This document shows, piece after piece, positions 19,953-29,389 of a stretch of DNA of 64,000 nucleotides (positions are counted from its first letter, which is position 1; the number at the start of each line of letters is the position of its first letter). Below the pieces are notes generated by a model. It did no database searches and was not told the DNA's origin. It saw nothing but the letters and a program-made list of their open reading frames with translations. Made by a program: the position numbers and the translations under genes. Source of the stretch: Candidatus Thorarchaeota archaeon (GTDB lineage Archaea > Asgardarchaeota > Thorarchaeia > Thorarchaeales > Thorarchaeaceae); NCBI GenBank assembly GCA_016933575.1, contig JAFGAR010000175.1, positions 1 through 64,000 of the forward strand, in the 5' to 3' direction.

Positions 19953-20720
19953 ATGGAAGAGGTCAGGTTCATCGATTTAACGACACACAACGCTTACGAA
20001 AATATGGCGATTGATGAAGCAATTATGCTATCTATGAAAGACGGTAAAGTAATCCCGACTCTTCGTTTCTATAGATGGCAACCTTCAGCGGTGTCTATTG
20101 GTACATTTCAAGGTATGAGAGATGAAGTCGATATTGAATTCTGTACTTCAAAGGGAATAGACGTAATTCGACGAATCACAGGTGGAGGCGCGGTCTACCA
20201 TGACTATGAGGGAGAAATCACCTACAGTATCATTCTCCCTAGAGGTCACAGATTGGTTCCTGATGATATTATTGAATCATACAAAATAATTTGTGAAGGA
20301 ATTGTACTCTCACTTGATTATCTAGGAATAAAATCGGAGTTCAAACCTATCAATGATGTAGTTGTTGGAAGTAAAAAGGTCTCGGGAAATGCACAGACCC
20401 GCCGGCATTCCTGCGTACTCCAGCATGGAACTATCTTACTCGACCTCGATGTACGCCTTATGTTCTCAATCTTGAAGGTGCCAAAAGAGAAAATATCTGA
20501 TAAGATGATAGCTGATGCAAAGGACCGCGTTATATCCATTCGAGACCTCACTGGATTGAAAATTAGTATGAATGAACTCATGGATGCTCTTGAAACTGGA
20601 TTTTCCGAAGCCCTTGGAATTGATTTGGTCCGTGGGACATTGACAGACGGAGAAAGAGAAGCTGCTACTAGGCTTGTCCGAGAGAAGTATTCGATAGACA
20701 AATGGAATTTCAAGAGGTAG
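19953..20720 (+). CDS. lplA: Lipoate-protein ligase catalytic subunit
   Basis: NMAIDEA, RRITGGGAVYHD, KPINDV, KKVSGNAQ, LQHGTILL. Confidence 0.92.
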   Translation: MEEVRFIDLTTHNAYENMAIDEAIMLSMKDGKVIPTLRFYRWQPSAVSIGTFQGMRDEVDIEFCTSKGIDVIRRITGGGAVYHDYEGEITYSIILPRGHRLVPDDIIESYKIICEGIVLSLDYLGIKSEFKPINDVVVGSKKVSGNAQTRRHSCVLQHGTILLDLDVRLMFSILKVPKEKISDKMIADAKDRVISIRDLTGLKISMNELMDALETGFSEALGIDLVRGTLTDGEREAATRLVREKYSIDKWNFKR

Positions 20721-20727
20721 GAAGATA

Positions 20728-21009
20728 ATGAAGGTCGTTAATTACAAAGTCCCAGGCGGAAAAATGATCAAGGTGAAACTATCAATTAACAACCAAGAAA
20801 TTGAATCAATTAGTATACTTGGAGATTTCTTTCTGCACCCTGAGGAGATGATAGAGAAAATCGAAGAGCATCTTATTGGTTGTATTATTGATTATGAGAG
20901 TCTTGTGTCAAGATTAGAAGAAATCATCATAGAGAATAAAGCAATGCTCATTGGTATTTCTACGGCAGATATTGCTAAGGCAATTCAACTTGCTAGTGAG
21001 AGTGACTAG
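20728..21009 (+). CDS. lplB: Lipoate-protein ligase C-terminal accessory subunit
   Basis: KVPGGKMIKV, ILGDFFLHPE; follows lplA. Confidence 0.88.
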   Translation: MKVVNYKVPGGKMIKVKLSINNQEIESISILGDFFLHPEEMIEKIEEHLIGCIIDYESLVSRLEEIIIENKAMLIGISTADIAKAIQLASESD

Positions 21010-21545
21010 TCTTGGTTTTCTTCTTCAACTGAAGAAATCTCAATCTTTAGCCTATTTCTCCCAACATCCAAAATATTCTCTACAAGTATACGGGACTTGT
21101 CGAGATTAAGAGAATAACATTTCTCGATTCCAGTATATACATCACTCAGTTTTTGGATGGGTACTTCTTCGGTTGTTTCATTTTCTGAGATTCTAATAAC
21201 TTGGTCTTTGATACCAGTTAATCCCCAGATTGTTGAAACCACTTTGGAGGCTTTTTCCTTGTCAGCTGGATGAGTCACTGCTTCAACAAAGCTCTTTGCT
21301 AAATCCTTTCCGAATGGATTAACAGTCATAGCACTACCTATCCAATCCCTGTCTAAGTACAAGACACCCTCATGAACTCCATCAGACCTATCGACTTTCA
21401 AGGTAATATCGATGAATTCTTGAAATCCTCCCGGTTTGAGATGAATTTCTGTTAGACCTCCGAGACCATATCTTCTACCTGTTTCAGTAAAATGAAAGAA
21501 TGAGAATAGCTCAGTTTCTTTGAGCTTTTTATATTCCATGAGCAT
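21006..21545 (-). CDS. Hypothetical protein
   Basis: 179-aa ORF filling a gap, GAGGG RBS-like element. Confidence 0.65.
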   Translation of the reverse strand: MLMEYKKLKETELFSFFHFTETGRRYGLGGLTEIHLKPGGFQEFIDITLKVDRSDGVHEGVLYLDRDWIGSAMTVNPFGKDLAKSFVEAVTHPADKEKASKVVSTIWGLTGIKDQVIRISENETTEEVPIQKLSDVYTGIEKCYSLNLDKSRILVENILDVGRNRLKIEISSVEEENQD

Positions 21546-21616
21546 GGTCCCTCATATTATCAAGCTCATTGTACCTCATTAGCCTTTCTGAATCATAAAA
21601 ATGCGAATTATTACTC

Positions 21617-22591
21617 CTAAATTAAACCAGTTGACGATTCAGAATCTATATTCTCGGGTTTCAATTGTTTCTTCCGACTTTGAATGACTTGCACTGCAGT
21701 AATTCCCAATGCTAAAAGAATCAATCCTAGCCAGTCTAATAGGTCTGGAAATTCGCCTAAGAAGATAATTGAGAGAATCACTATTTGAGGCATCATTGTG
21801 CTATTGATTAGTGTTGTATCTATTGCGCGAAGAACTTGCATAGATCGATTCCAGAGAGTAAAAGCAAAAGCAGTATTCACTACTGCAAGCCAAACGATAG
21901 AAATCCAAGAAGTCAGTGATAGTGTCACTAGTGTTTCAGTTGCGAGTGCTAGCAGGATTAACATGGATGCTCCAAAGAACATGCTAATTCCCGTTACAAT
22001 AAGGGCTGGTGTGTCTTGAATTCTATTGATAGCTCTACCAATTATTGATGAAAACGAATTTGCAATCAGACTTACGATTCCAATCATCAAACCAAACAGT
22101 GATAGACCTACAAGATCGAGTGGATAGAAATAGAGAAAGACGCCCAATAGGCTAATGATAATGAATACAATCTCTAGTAGCGAGGGAGTTTCTCGCAACC
22201 AAGGTATTGCTAGAATTAACACAAAAATTGGAGTAAGATTTAGCAGTAACGAGAAAGTGATTGCTGGTAGATATTTCAACGCAAGAAACTGGGTTCCTTG
22301 CGTAGCTGTGATGAAGATTCCGCCATAGAGAGCAAGACCAATCCACCAGCGGCTTGATCTTTTTCTCAGTGCTTTGCGAGAGCTTGACCTACTCAATACC
22401 AAAGCCACTAGAAGTAGCGATGCAAGGAAATACCTCAAACCAGCAAATAGCAAGGGCGGAATCTCTTCTAGACCAAATTTGATGATGACCCACGATGATG
22501 ACCAAAGTATCGTTACAAAGCATGCTTGAACTATAGCTCTTACTCTATTATCTGACTCATTGCTTTGGGTTGAACTCACAGAGCCAATCAA
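21617..22591 (-). CDS. DMT/EamA family transporter
   Basis: ILWSSSWVIIK, IPPLLFAGLRY, FLGEFP; about 10 TM. Confidence 0.9.
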   Translation of the reverse strand: MIGSVSSTQSNESDNRVRAIVQACFVTILWSSSWVIIKFGLEEIPPLLFAGLRYFLASLLLVALVLSRSSSRKALRKRSSRWWIGLALYGGIFITATQGTQFLALKYLPAITFSLLLNLTPIFVLILAIPWLRETPSLLEIVFIIISLLGVFLYFYPLDLVGLSLFGLMIGIVSLIANSFSSIIGRAINRIQDTPALIVTGISMFFGASMLILLALATETLVTLSLTSWISIVWLAVVNTAFAFTLWNRSMQVLRAIDTTLINSTMMPQIVILSIIFLGEFPDLLDWLGLILLALGITAVQVIQSRKKQLKPENIDSESSTGLI

Positions 22592-22664
22592 GATTCAGCT
22601 TCTCCAATTTCAAATAAATTAAAGTGGAAATATACCTATATCCGTCATAAGACGGGTGTAAACC

Positions 22665-23309
22665 ATGATTGAGGCCGTGCTGTCAATCGCATCTGAGAAC
22701 TATTATTCATGTGAACTAACGCGTTCAATTCCTGTACGAGTTAATCTCGTTTCAATCAATGGGAAAGAGGGTTTTGGTATCATAGAGTCATTAGATGGAA
22801 CTGAGAAACCACTGAAGAAGTATGTACAATTCATGAAAAAATCTTCAAGTGTTGTGCAAATTGAGGTCACTCACAAAGAGAATAATCAATATTGGACAAG
22901 AGTCGTACATGAACTGATTGGCTATTCTATCCATGAGACCATTTTGGAAAATGGATGTATGAATCGACTGCCGATTGTGATCACACAAGGATTCCAGATT
23001 CATCAGATACTTGCCCCTTCTCAAGAGAAATTCAAGATGATGATTTCAAGTCTTAAGAATAGGTTCACTTCTGTAAAAATTGAGAGGGTCCAAAGTCATC
23101 CAAACAAATTGTCATCTTTCAATCTAACTACTAAACAGAGAGAAGCAATTGTCCTAGCAATTGATAGAGGATATTATGATATTCCACGTGGTTGTGGAAT
23201 GAGTAATATTGCAAGCGAATTGGGAGTAAAACGGGTAGCCACACAAGAACGAATTAGACGTGCTGAGAAGAGAATCATGAGTGAATTAAGAACGACCCAG
23301 AAAATATGA
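22665..23309 (+). CDS. HTH-10 (Bat-like) archaeal transcriptional regulator
   Basis: LTTKQREAI..A..RGYYDIPR...IASELGV...ERIRRAEKRI. Confidence 0.9.
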   Translation: MIEAVLSIASENYYSCELTRSIPVRVNLVSINGKEGFGIIESLDGTEKPLKKYVQFMKKSSSVVQIEVTHKENNQYWTRVVHELIGYSIHETILENGCMNRLPIVITQGFQIHQILAPSQEKFKMMISSLKNRFTSVKIERVQSHPNKLSSFNLTTKQREAIVLAIDRGYYDIPRGCGMSNIASELGVKRVATQERIRRAEKRIMSELRTTQKI

Positions 23310-23365
23310 GGAGTAATTCGAGGGAAGAGTGATATACTTTTGAGCTAACAGGGAATTCGATTGCT

Positions 23366-23845
23366 ATGGTTGATTCAGAATATTCGCAGGATAAGAAAGT
23401 GCAGAAGATTGAATCAGATATTCGATCTTTTGAAACAGAGCTACAGAAAGTGGAAATGGAACTTGATGGACTAGATTCCCGCCTTAATGCTGAATTGCAG
23501 TCATACAAATCGGCAGTAGATACCAAGAGAGAAGCCTACGAATCTCTCCGAAGCAGGCTTCGTTCTGCTGAAGAGGATTGGAAAGTGGCTGACAGAAAGT
23601 ATCGGGGTCAGGTCAAAAAGAAGGACAAGACACTTTCCAGTAAAAAGAAAACAGCTCAGGTTCTCAAGAAACGCATAAAGGATGCAGAAAAGACTCGAGA
23701 TAAACGCTTTCAAGAATTGGACAAGGCCAAGGAAAAGATTGTTGATAAAGCAAAACGAGAGAAGGCAAAAGAAATGGAACAGCATAAGACTCGTGAAGTT
23801 GACCGAGTAGAAGAAGAAAAAAGGCGGGAGTTAGGACTAAGCTAG
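23366..23845 (+). CDS. Charged coiled-coil protein
   Basis: Heptad-like E/K/R-rich helix over its full length. Confidence 0.75.
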   Translation: MVDSEYSQDKKVQKIESDIRSFETELQKVEMELDGLDSRLNAELQSYKSAVDTKREAYESLRSRLRSAEEDWKVADRKYRGQVKKKDKTLSSKKKTAQVLKKRIKDAEKTRDKRFQELDKAKEKIVDKAKREKAKEMEQHKTREVDRVEEEKRRELGLS

Positions 23846-23875
23846 AAATAACCCATTATAAATGGAGGGCACGCT

Positions 23876-24859
23876 ATGAATGCATACTTCATCATTGTTC
23901 TGCTAGGTGTAGTTCTTTTCTTCGTGGTCTGGACCCTTGGCTGGTTACTTGAGCGATTGTCCCATTTATTATTAACAACAACCCGTGAACCAGGAACAAG
24001 GTCATGGTATATGTTAGTTGGACCTGGTGTAGCTTTGCATGAGTCGTCCCATGCTCTTGGTTGTTTGCTTACAAGAACTGAAATTGTTGAATTCAAACCA
24101 ATTAATATTGAAGTCCAAGATGATCAGATTGTGTTGGGATATGTGAAATATCGGAAACCCGCGAGTAGTCTTAAAAATGCTATAATAAATCTAGCACCAG
24201 TCGCAGTTTCGCTACTACTACTCATTGCTTTTGCACTTGGTGCTACATATCTTGTTCCAGAATCTCCTGGGCTTGGTGGTGATGCTCTATCTCTTTGGAA
24301 CGATCTTATCAACGCAAAATTGAATCCAGATATTTTTTACCCAGTTACACAGATAGCTTCCTTTGTGTATCTTTTCCTCTACACTGTAGCAGAACTTACA
24401 GTAGTAAATCCAATCTTCTGGATTGTGGCATTTCTTGCAATGACAATCATGTTCTCAAATGCTCCTTCAGATGTTGATATCAAGAATGCGGCTGGTGGTC
24501 TCAAAGCTATAATTCTGTTCAACATTATTTGGCTTACAGTGGCATATTTCCTTCCAGATGCAGGGTGGATACTCATAGGATTTTATGAATTACTAGCTGT
24601 GCTATTTGCGTTAGCTCTTGGATTTGCGGCAGTTGGATATGGATTCTTTATTCTCATAGCGGCAATGTCAAAATTGAGGTCTCCTCTTCAGATCATTCCA
24701 ATAGCTAGTTGCATAATTTCTGGCGTTGCATTTTGGTATTTGGATGCAGCAGCAGTAATCTCCCTTTCACTAGCTTCGCAGACGATTTTGGCAGTTGGTG
24801 TTCTGATTATCATTACCCTGATAATGCTGATGCTACGTCCTCTGAGAAGATCGGGGTAA
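23876..24859 (+). CDS. Membrane metalloprotease, M50/M50B-like
   Basis: PGVALHESSH (HExxH), LGYV, NLAP, SNAPSDVD; multiple TM. Confidence 0.8.
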   Translation: MNAYFIIVLLGVVLFFVVWTLGWLLERLSHLLLTTTREPGTRSWYMLVGPGVALHESSHALGCLLTRTEIVEFKPINIEVQDDQIVLGYVKYRKPASSLKNAIINLAPVAVSLLLLIAFALGATYLVPESPGLGGDALSLWNDLINAKLNPDIFYPVTQIASFVYLFLYTVAELTVVNPIFWIVAFLAMTIMFSNAPSDVDIKNAAGGLKAIILFNIIWLTVAYFLPDAGWILIGFYELLAVLFALALGFAAVGYGFFILIAAMSKLRSPLQIIPIASCIISGVAFWYLDAAAVISLSLASQTILAVGVLIIITLIMLMLRPLRRSG

Positions 24860-24908
24860 TACCCAATATCATAAGTAGTAGATTCGTAGCTATACGCAGG
24901 TACCGAGT

Positions 24909-25256
24909 ATGGCAAAGATTGAACTAGTCAGAAGACCCTCTCTCATAAGTCCAAGACATCTCTTAAGGTATATCTTCTTTACAGAGATGCAGGTAGAACA
25001 GGCATCAGCTATACTGAACCTCCTAATGAAAAACGATGGGAAAATGCCAGACTCAGACTGGGAAAAATTTGTGTTAACAAGTAGGGGCCTTTATGTCAAA
25101 GTTATGAGAAAATTGCGTGATGTAGGTCTTGTAGAAAAGCGCATGGGTGATTTCAGTATCTGTGAAGACTTTAGTACAGCCATGAAAAAGCTAGCTGACT
25201 ATTGGTCCAATATTATGCAATCCTATGGCGAAGGGGACAGATCAATCGAATTCTAA
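24909..25256 (+). CDS. Small winged-helix protein
   Basis: SRGLYVKVMRKLRDVGLVEKR..F...DFS. Confidence 0.7.
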   Translation: MAKIELVRRPSLISPRHLLRYIFFTEMQVEQASAILNLLMKNDGKMPDSDWEKFVLTSRGLYVKVMRKLRDVGLVEKRMGDFSICEDFSTAMKKLADYWSNIMQSYGEGDRSIEF

Positions 25257-26833
25257 TCTACTTCTACTTCTCCTTCTTTCAAGTCTAGTTTTCGTAATGT
25301 TGAGATGGCTTTATCGCCTTTTATTTTAAGCACTCCGAGTTTTTCAAGTTCCCGTGCATGTTTGGTTGCAAGACCAACTGGAGTACCTAGAGCCTTTCCC
25401 AGTTCAGTAAATGTTATTGATCCAACTTCATCCACAAGTAAGAGTACCTTTGTATTGTTCTCCATTCCTAAGACTTGGATATATCGTTGAGTACGTTCGT
25501 CAGATAGGTCACGCTGCTCCAAGGCAAGGTCTCGTTCTTTCTCCATGAGCCTTGTCGCTTTTTCAAAAGCTTCTTTTTGCATCTCGAGAACAGTTGTATT
25601 TTCTTTGGTTTCTTTCAATTCTCTCTCAAGGGTATGTATCTTCTCATCAAGACTTTTTATCTCTGCAATCCGACCCTGAAGAGAATCAAGTTCAGATAGA
25701 CGAGATTTCGCCTCTTTCTCAGCAGCTTGTTTGTCAGACTCTACATCCTTCATCTTAAGTTCGAGTTCTTTAATCGTTGAGAAAGAGGTGTCGGTTTCTT
25801 TTTGTTGCTCTTGGATCTTAGACTCCAATAATCCAATCTTTGCCTTTAGAGACTCCATTTCTGCAGCAGTCTTCTCCGATTTTGGTTTAGCCATAGCGGA
25901 TTCAGCTTTGTAAACGCCAATCTGAGTCTGATATTCACCAACCTGCATCTTGAGATCTTCAATCTCTTCTCGGGCATTTTCAACGTCTTTGGTCCTTGCA
26001 TCAATCATTGCATCCTTAATTAGGAGGTCATCTCTGAACGAGCTTACCTGCTGCTCTAAGTCAGCTATACGACGCTCATACTCCTCATTTGCTGCACTTG
26101 TCTGACGGCCTGCGACTATTTTACTCTGGAGCGTCCTAACCTCCATATCAAGCTTGGTTAGCTCTGCCTGTTTTTCAGCTAGTTCTAATCTCTGGGCTGC
26201 AGTTTCTTCCTCAAGACTCTGCATAAATGATCGGACAATATCTTGTTGTTCTACAATCGTACTGCGAAGATCGACTTCTGATTCACGAACCCTCATGGCA
26301 AACTCTTTGAAACGCTCCTGAGTCTGTTCAACAATCTTGTCAACAAGATCCTTCTCTAGAGCCTCAAATTCTGAGTCGACAATATCAACAAATGTTGTTT
26401 CAATAAACTGCTTGAAGAATTTCATCCTTAGACGTTCAACCATCTCTTCAGAAATTCTAGATTTGAGTTCAACGACTTTACCTCTAAAGGTCAGGAGCTG
26501 TGCTGCAAATACGCCTACGACCCCACGTTGGAGCGATGAAATATCTGCCCGAAGGCGTTCTAACTTCATAAGGAGAGCATCAAATCCAGATACAGCATCA
26601 GCGCCTTCTGGACGTTCAACAGGCGCTGTGGTTTCCAGAGATTCTACAAAATCTAATGCCAAGGCTGCAGCGTTGATAAGATCCTCACCATCTTCAACGG
26701 GCATTATGACTTCTCCAGATTCATCAACACCCTCAGCTAAACGTTCCAATTCAGCATCTGTGAGAGCAGCTCCTTTTAGAGCATCCTGTAAAGCATCAAT
26801 CTCTTTATCGGTGAGTTTCTTATCAGAAGGCAT
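25253..26833 (-). CDS. Long coiled-coil protein with C-terminal winged helix
   Basis: ~380 aa heptad-rich region; GSITFTELGKALG...KHARELEKLGVLKI wHTH. Confidence 0.8.
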   Translation of the reverse strand: MPSDKKLTDKEIDALQDALKGAALTDAELERLAEGVDESGEVIMPVEDGEDLINAAALALDFVESLETTAPVERPEGADAVSGFDALLMKLERLRADISSLQRGVVGVFAAQLLTFRGKVVELKSRISEEMVERLRMKFFKQFIETTFVDIVDSEFEALEKDLVDKIVEQTQERFKEFAMRVRESEVDLRSTIVEQQDIVRSFMQSLEEETAAQRLELAEKQAELTKLDMEVRTLQSKIVAGRQTSAANEEYERRIADLEQQVSSFRDDLLIKDAMIDARTKDVENAREEIEDLKMQVGEYQTQIGVYKAESAMAKPKSEKTAAEMESLKAKIGLLESKIQEQQKETDTSFSTIKELELKMKDVESDKQAAEKEAKSRLSELDSLQGRIAEIKSLDEKIHTLERELKETKENTTVLEMQKEAFEKATRLMEKERDLALEQRDLSDERTQRYIQVLGMENNTKVLLLVDEVGSITFTELGKALGTPVGLATKHARELEKLGVLKIKGDKAISTLRKLDLKEGEVEVD

Positions 26834-26956
26834 AGCTATATCCCCTGCAACCGTGATGTGTGTTTAGAGTGTAGGCACACTATAAAGCTTTGCCGATAAA
26901 TGTAGCGCGGTGATAAGTATCTTGTTCAGATTAATAAATCCTCTAGAGTTGGCATT

Positions 26957-27724
26957 CTAATCGGCTCTAAAAAGCATGAAAGTGTAATGGTTTAATCGAC
27001 TTAATCTGTTAGGTTCAACCGTTGATTCAAAATAAGATACCGTTGACGTTGATAGGTCAATATCAATCCCTTCGATGAATTTGAAGCGATTGTTCTCAAG
27101 GATTGCTACGTTGTCCACAACATAAAGGGAGCAGGGATTAGCGACAACTAGAAGACCCTCTTTTTTCATCAAACGGTGGACCGTTTGAAGACCCTTGTTG
27201 AAGTCTGATGATTCTTTATAGTATTCATGCAAATAGCCGATGATATCATTATTGAAAATGCCTATATCGAAGCATCCTGGAGGAAATCGTTTTTCACCAA
27301 TAAGGAAATCATCCAGCCAGATTAGTTCGTCTTGATGATTCTCGAGGTAATCAATCATACTTGGTCTCAGAAAGGCGTGTTTATCCATTGTTTCTAGTTT
27401 AGCTTGAACGACTCGAACTTGTGATAGAAGATTGGTCTCCTCAAGTTTTCCAAGAAGACTGTCCAATCGTAGACTGTGAAGATCAATACAATAGATTCGT
27501 GATGTTGCATTTTCTATTAGCTTTGATGCTATAAATTTTGGAAGTACCTCTGTGAAGAAAGAGGGAACTCGATCATGCTCACCGGAAGCAAAATCCCCTA
27601 CCAAGAGATATGCATCGTCTCTAGATAATAGTTCATTTACAAACTCAACGAAGGTAGTGCTCTCAGATAGCCATGAGATAGGATATAATGCCCTTAGTTC
27701 TTTTCCAATCATTAGATTCTGCAA
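26957..27724 (-). CDS. Class I SAM-methyltransferase-like protein
   Basis: VGDFASG, IYCID, FDIG, LMKKEGLLVV. Confidence 0.55.
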   Translation of the reverse strand: MQNLMIGKELRALYPISWLSESTTFVEFVNELLSRDDAYLLVGDFASGEHDRVPSFFTEVLPKFIASKLIENATSRIYCIDLHSLRLDSLLGKLEETNLLSQVRVVQAKLETMDKHAFLRPSMIDYLENHQDELIWLDDFLIGEKRFPPGCFDIGIFNNDIIGYLHEYYKESSDFNKGLQTVHRLMKKEGLLVVANPCSLYVVDNVAILENNRFKFIEGIDIDLSTSTVSYFESTVEPNRLSRLNHYTFMLFRAD

Positions 27725-27726
27725 AC

Positions 27727-28059
27727 CTATGAGTATTTTATTTCGAAGACTTTGGCTTCTTGATCTTGTGTAATTACATAGTGTTCCTCATTGCTTTCGA
27801 GAAGTACGAAATCACCAGGTTTCAAAGATAGAGTTTCTTTTCCATTTGTTATGTCTGCTACGCCTTCAATTAGATAAAGCAATTGTTTCTCCGAGTGTAT
27901 ATGAGGTCGAGTCGGAACATCACTATTCCTTTGAATGACACGGACCCCAGCAGTCATGGTCCCTGTTATGACATCGAAGGCATTAACAGAACCTCTCTTG
28001 CCAAGTATTATCGAAGGATGTATCTCGTTTTCATGTATCTTCTTCAATAGTGTCACCAA
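27727..28059 (-). CDS. Cupin domain protein
   Basis: PHIHSEKQLLYLIEG, LKPGDFVLLESNEEH. Confidence 0.88.
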   Translation of the reverse strand: MVTLLKKIHENEIHPSIILGKRGSVNAFDVITGTMTAGVRVIQRNSDVPTRPHIHSEKQLLYLIEGVADITNGKETLSLKPGDFVLLESNEEHYVITQDQEAKVFEIKYS

Positions 28060-28068
28060 TGAGAAAAA

Positions 28069-29328
28069 GTGAAGGCAGAAGGCCTTATCAGGCCTGCGGA
28101 AGTAACAATCTTCATGACTTCAAATATTTCAGACATCGTTGGTAGAAATATTGGGGTCATCGGTTTCAATGCAAGGCCAATAGCCGCTTCGTTGAAACAG
28201 CTTGGCGCCAAGACATTTGTTTCAGATTATTGGGGAGATTTAGATCTTAAGGAGAGCTCACATGATTGCATCGCGATTCTTGCTCCAAAACCTGGAATAA
28301 GGCAAAGAAAGCCTCTTGAGATGCCTTTACATCAAGCATTAGTAGAGAATTATTTACATCTCACAAAGGAAATTGATATCGACTTCGTTGTAATTGGAAG
28401 TGGTTTTGACGATTATTCAGAATCTCTCAAACCAATTGAAGAGAGTGGAAAACTAATCGGGAATTCTATTGAGACAATTAAGAGAGCTCGCGACCATACA
28501 ATAATTGACCGAATCTCATCTAAATTGAAACTTAAACGACCAAAAGAATGTGTGATAAATGAAATTTCTCAAATATCAGAATGTGTGGAAGAATTAGCAT
28601 TCCCTTGTTTGATTCGACCTATGCATTCTGGTGGAGGGCTTGGGATTAGGTTCATCCATTCCAATGCAGATATCAGCAAAGTATCTCGTATTGTTGAAAA
28701 AAGAGGGGAAATGAAAATTCAACAGTATATATCTGGGATGGACACCAGTACGAGTGTGCTATCATCAACAAATGATGCATTCTGCATTACAGTTCAAGGT
28801 CAGCTTATTGGAATGCCTTCTGCAGGCAGCAATTGCGGTTTCAAGTATTGTGGCAATTATTATCCAACATCTTTGGATGAGTCTGTCAGAAATCGTATTG
28901 CAAGAATTTCCGAGTCCCTTATCAAAGAACTCCATCTGATAGGTTCTAATGGTTTGGATTTTATCGTAGATAACTCAAATAACATCTATCTTTTGGAGGT
29001 CAATCCTCGAATTCAAGGAACATTGGAAATGATTGAACGAGCCTCAGGTTCCTCACTGACGCAGCTTCATCTGCAAGCCATTTCTGGGGATATTAGACAG
29101 TCTCCTCTGAGTATCAGGCCAGCTGTTAAGATGATTGTATACTCAAGAAAAAGAGGATCAGTTCCTAATCTAAAGCAATTTCCGAACACATTCGATAGGT
29201 CTCCAGAAGGCGTGCTTGTAGAGAAAGGAGACCCTATCTGCACAATAATAGAGGTTGAAGATACTCTTCAAAAAGCATTCTCGACTGTGTGTATTGCTGC
29301 TTTAAATATTCAAAATCTCGTTCAATAG
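28069..29328 (+). CDS. ATP-grasp ligase (COG2232-like)
   Basis: SDYWGDLD, GSGFDD, GGGLGI, QQYISG, YCGNY, GSNGLDF, LEVNPRIQG; start possibly ATG ~28114. Confidence 0.82.
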   Translation: MKAEGLIRPAEVTIFMTSNISDIVGRNIGVIGFNARPIAASLKQLGAKTFVSDYWGDLDLKESSHDCIAILAPKPGIRQRKPLEMPLHQALVENYLHLTKEIDIDFVVIGSGFDDYSESLKPIEESGKLIGNSIETIKRARDHTIIDRISSKLKLKRPKECVINEISQISECVEELAFPCLIRPMHSGGGLGIRFIHSNADISKVSRIVEKRGEMKIQQYISGMDTSTSVLSSTNDAFCITVQGQLIGMPSAGSNCGFKYCGNYYPTSLDESVRNRIARISESLIKELHLIGSNGLDFIVDNSNNIYLLEVNPRIQGTLEMIERASGSSLTQLHLQAISGDIRQSPLSIRPAVKMIVYSRKRGSVPNLKQFPNTFDRSPEGVLVEKGDPICTIIEVEDTLQKAFSTVCIAALNIQNLVQ

Positions 29329-29389
29329 TTGTTTTTGAATATCCAGCAAAGTTTAATCAGTGGTGAATACACAGTAGTTTATACTTGAG

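Noticed and set aside
19950-19955. In-frame TAG-ATG (lipS2/lplA) and TAG-GTG (pstB/phoU) junctions as possible pyrrolysine read-through
   Set aside because: Both upstream proteins are complete, the downstream genes have their own GGTGA RBS, and no pyl genes are in the window.
25253-26833. SMC/Rad50 call for the long coiled coil
   Set aside because: No Walker A/B, signature motif, hinge or zinc hook.
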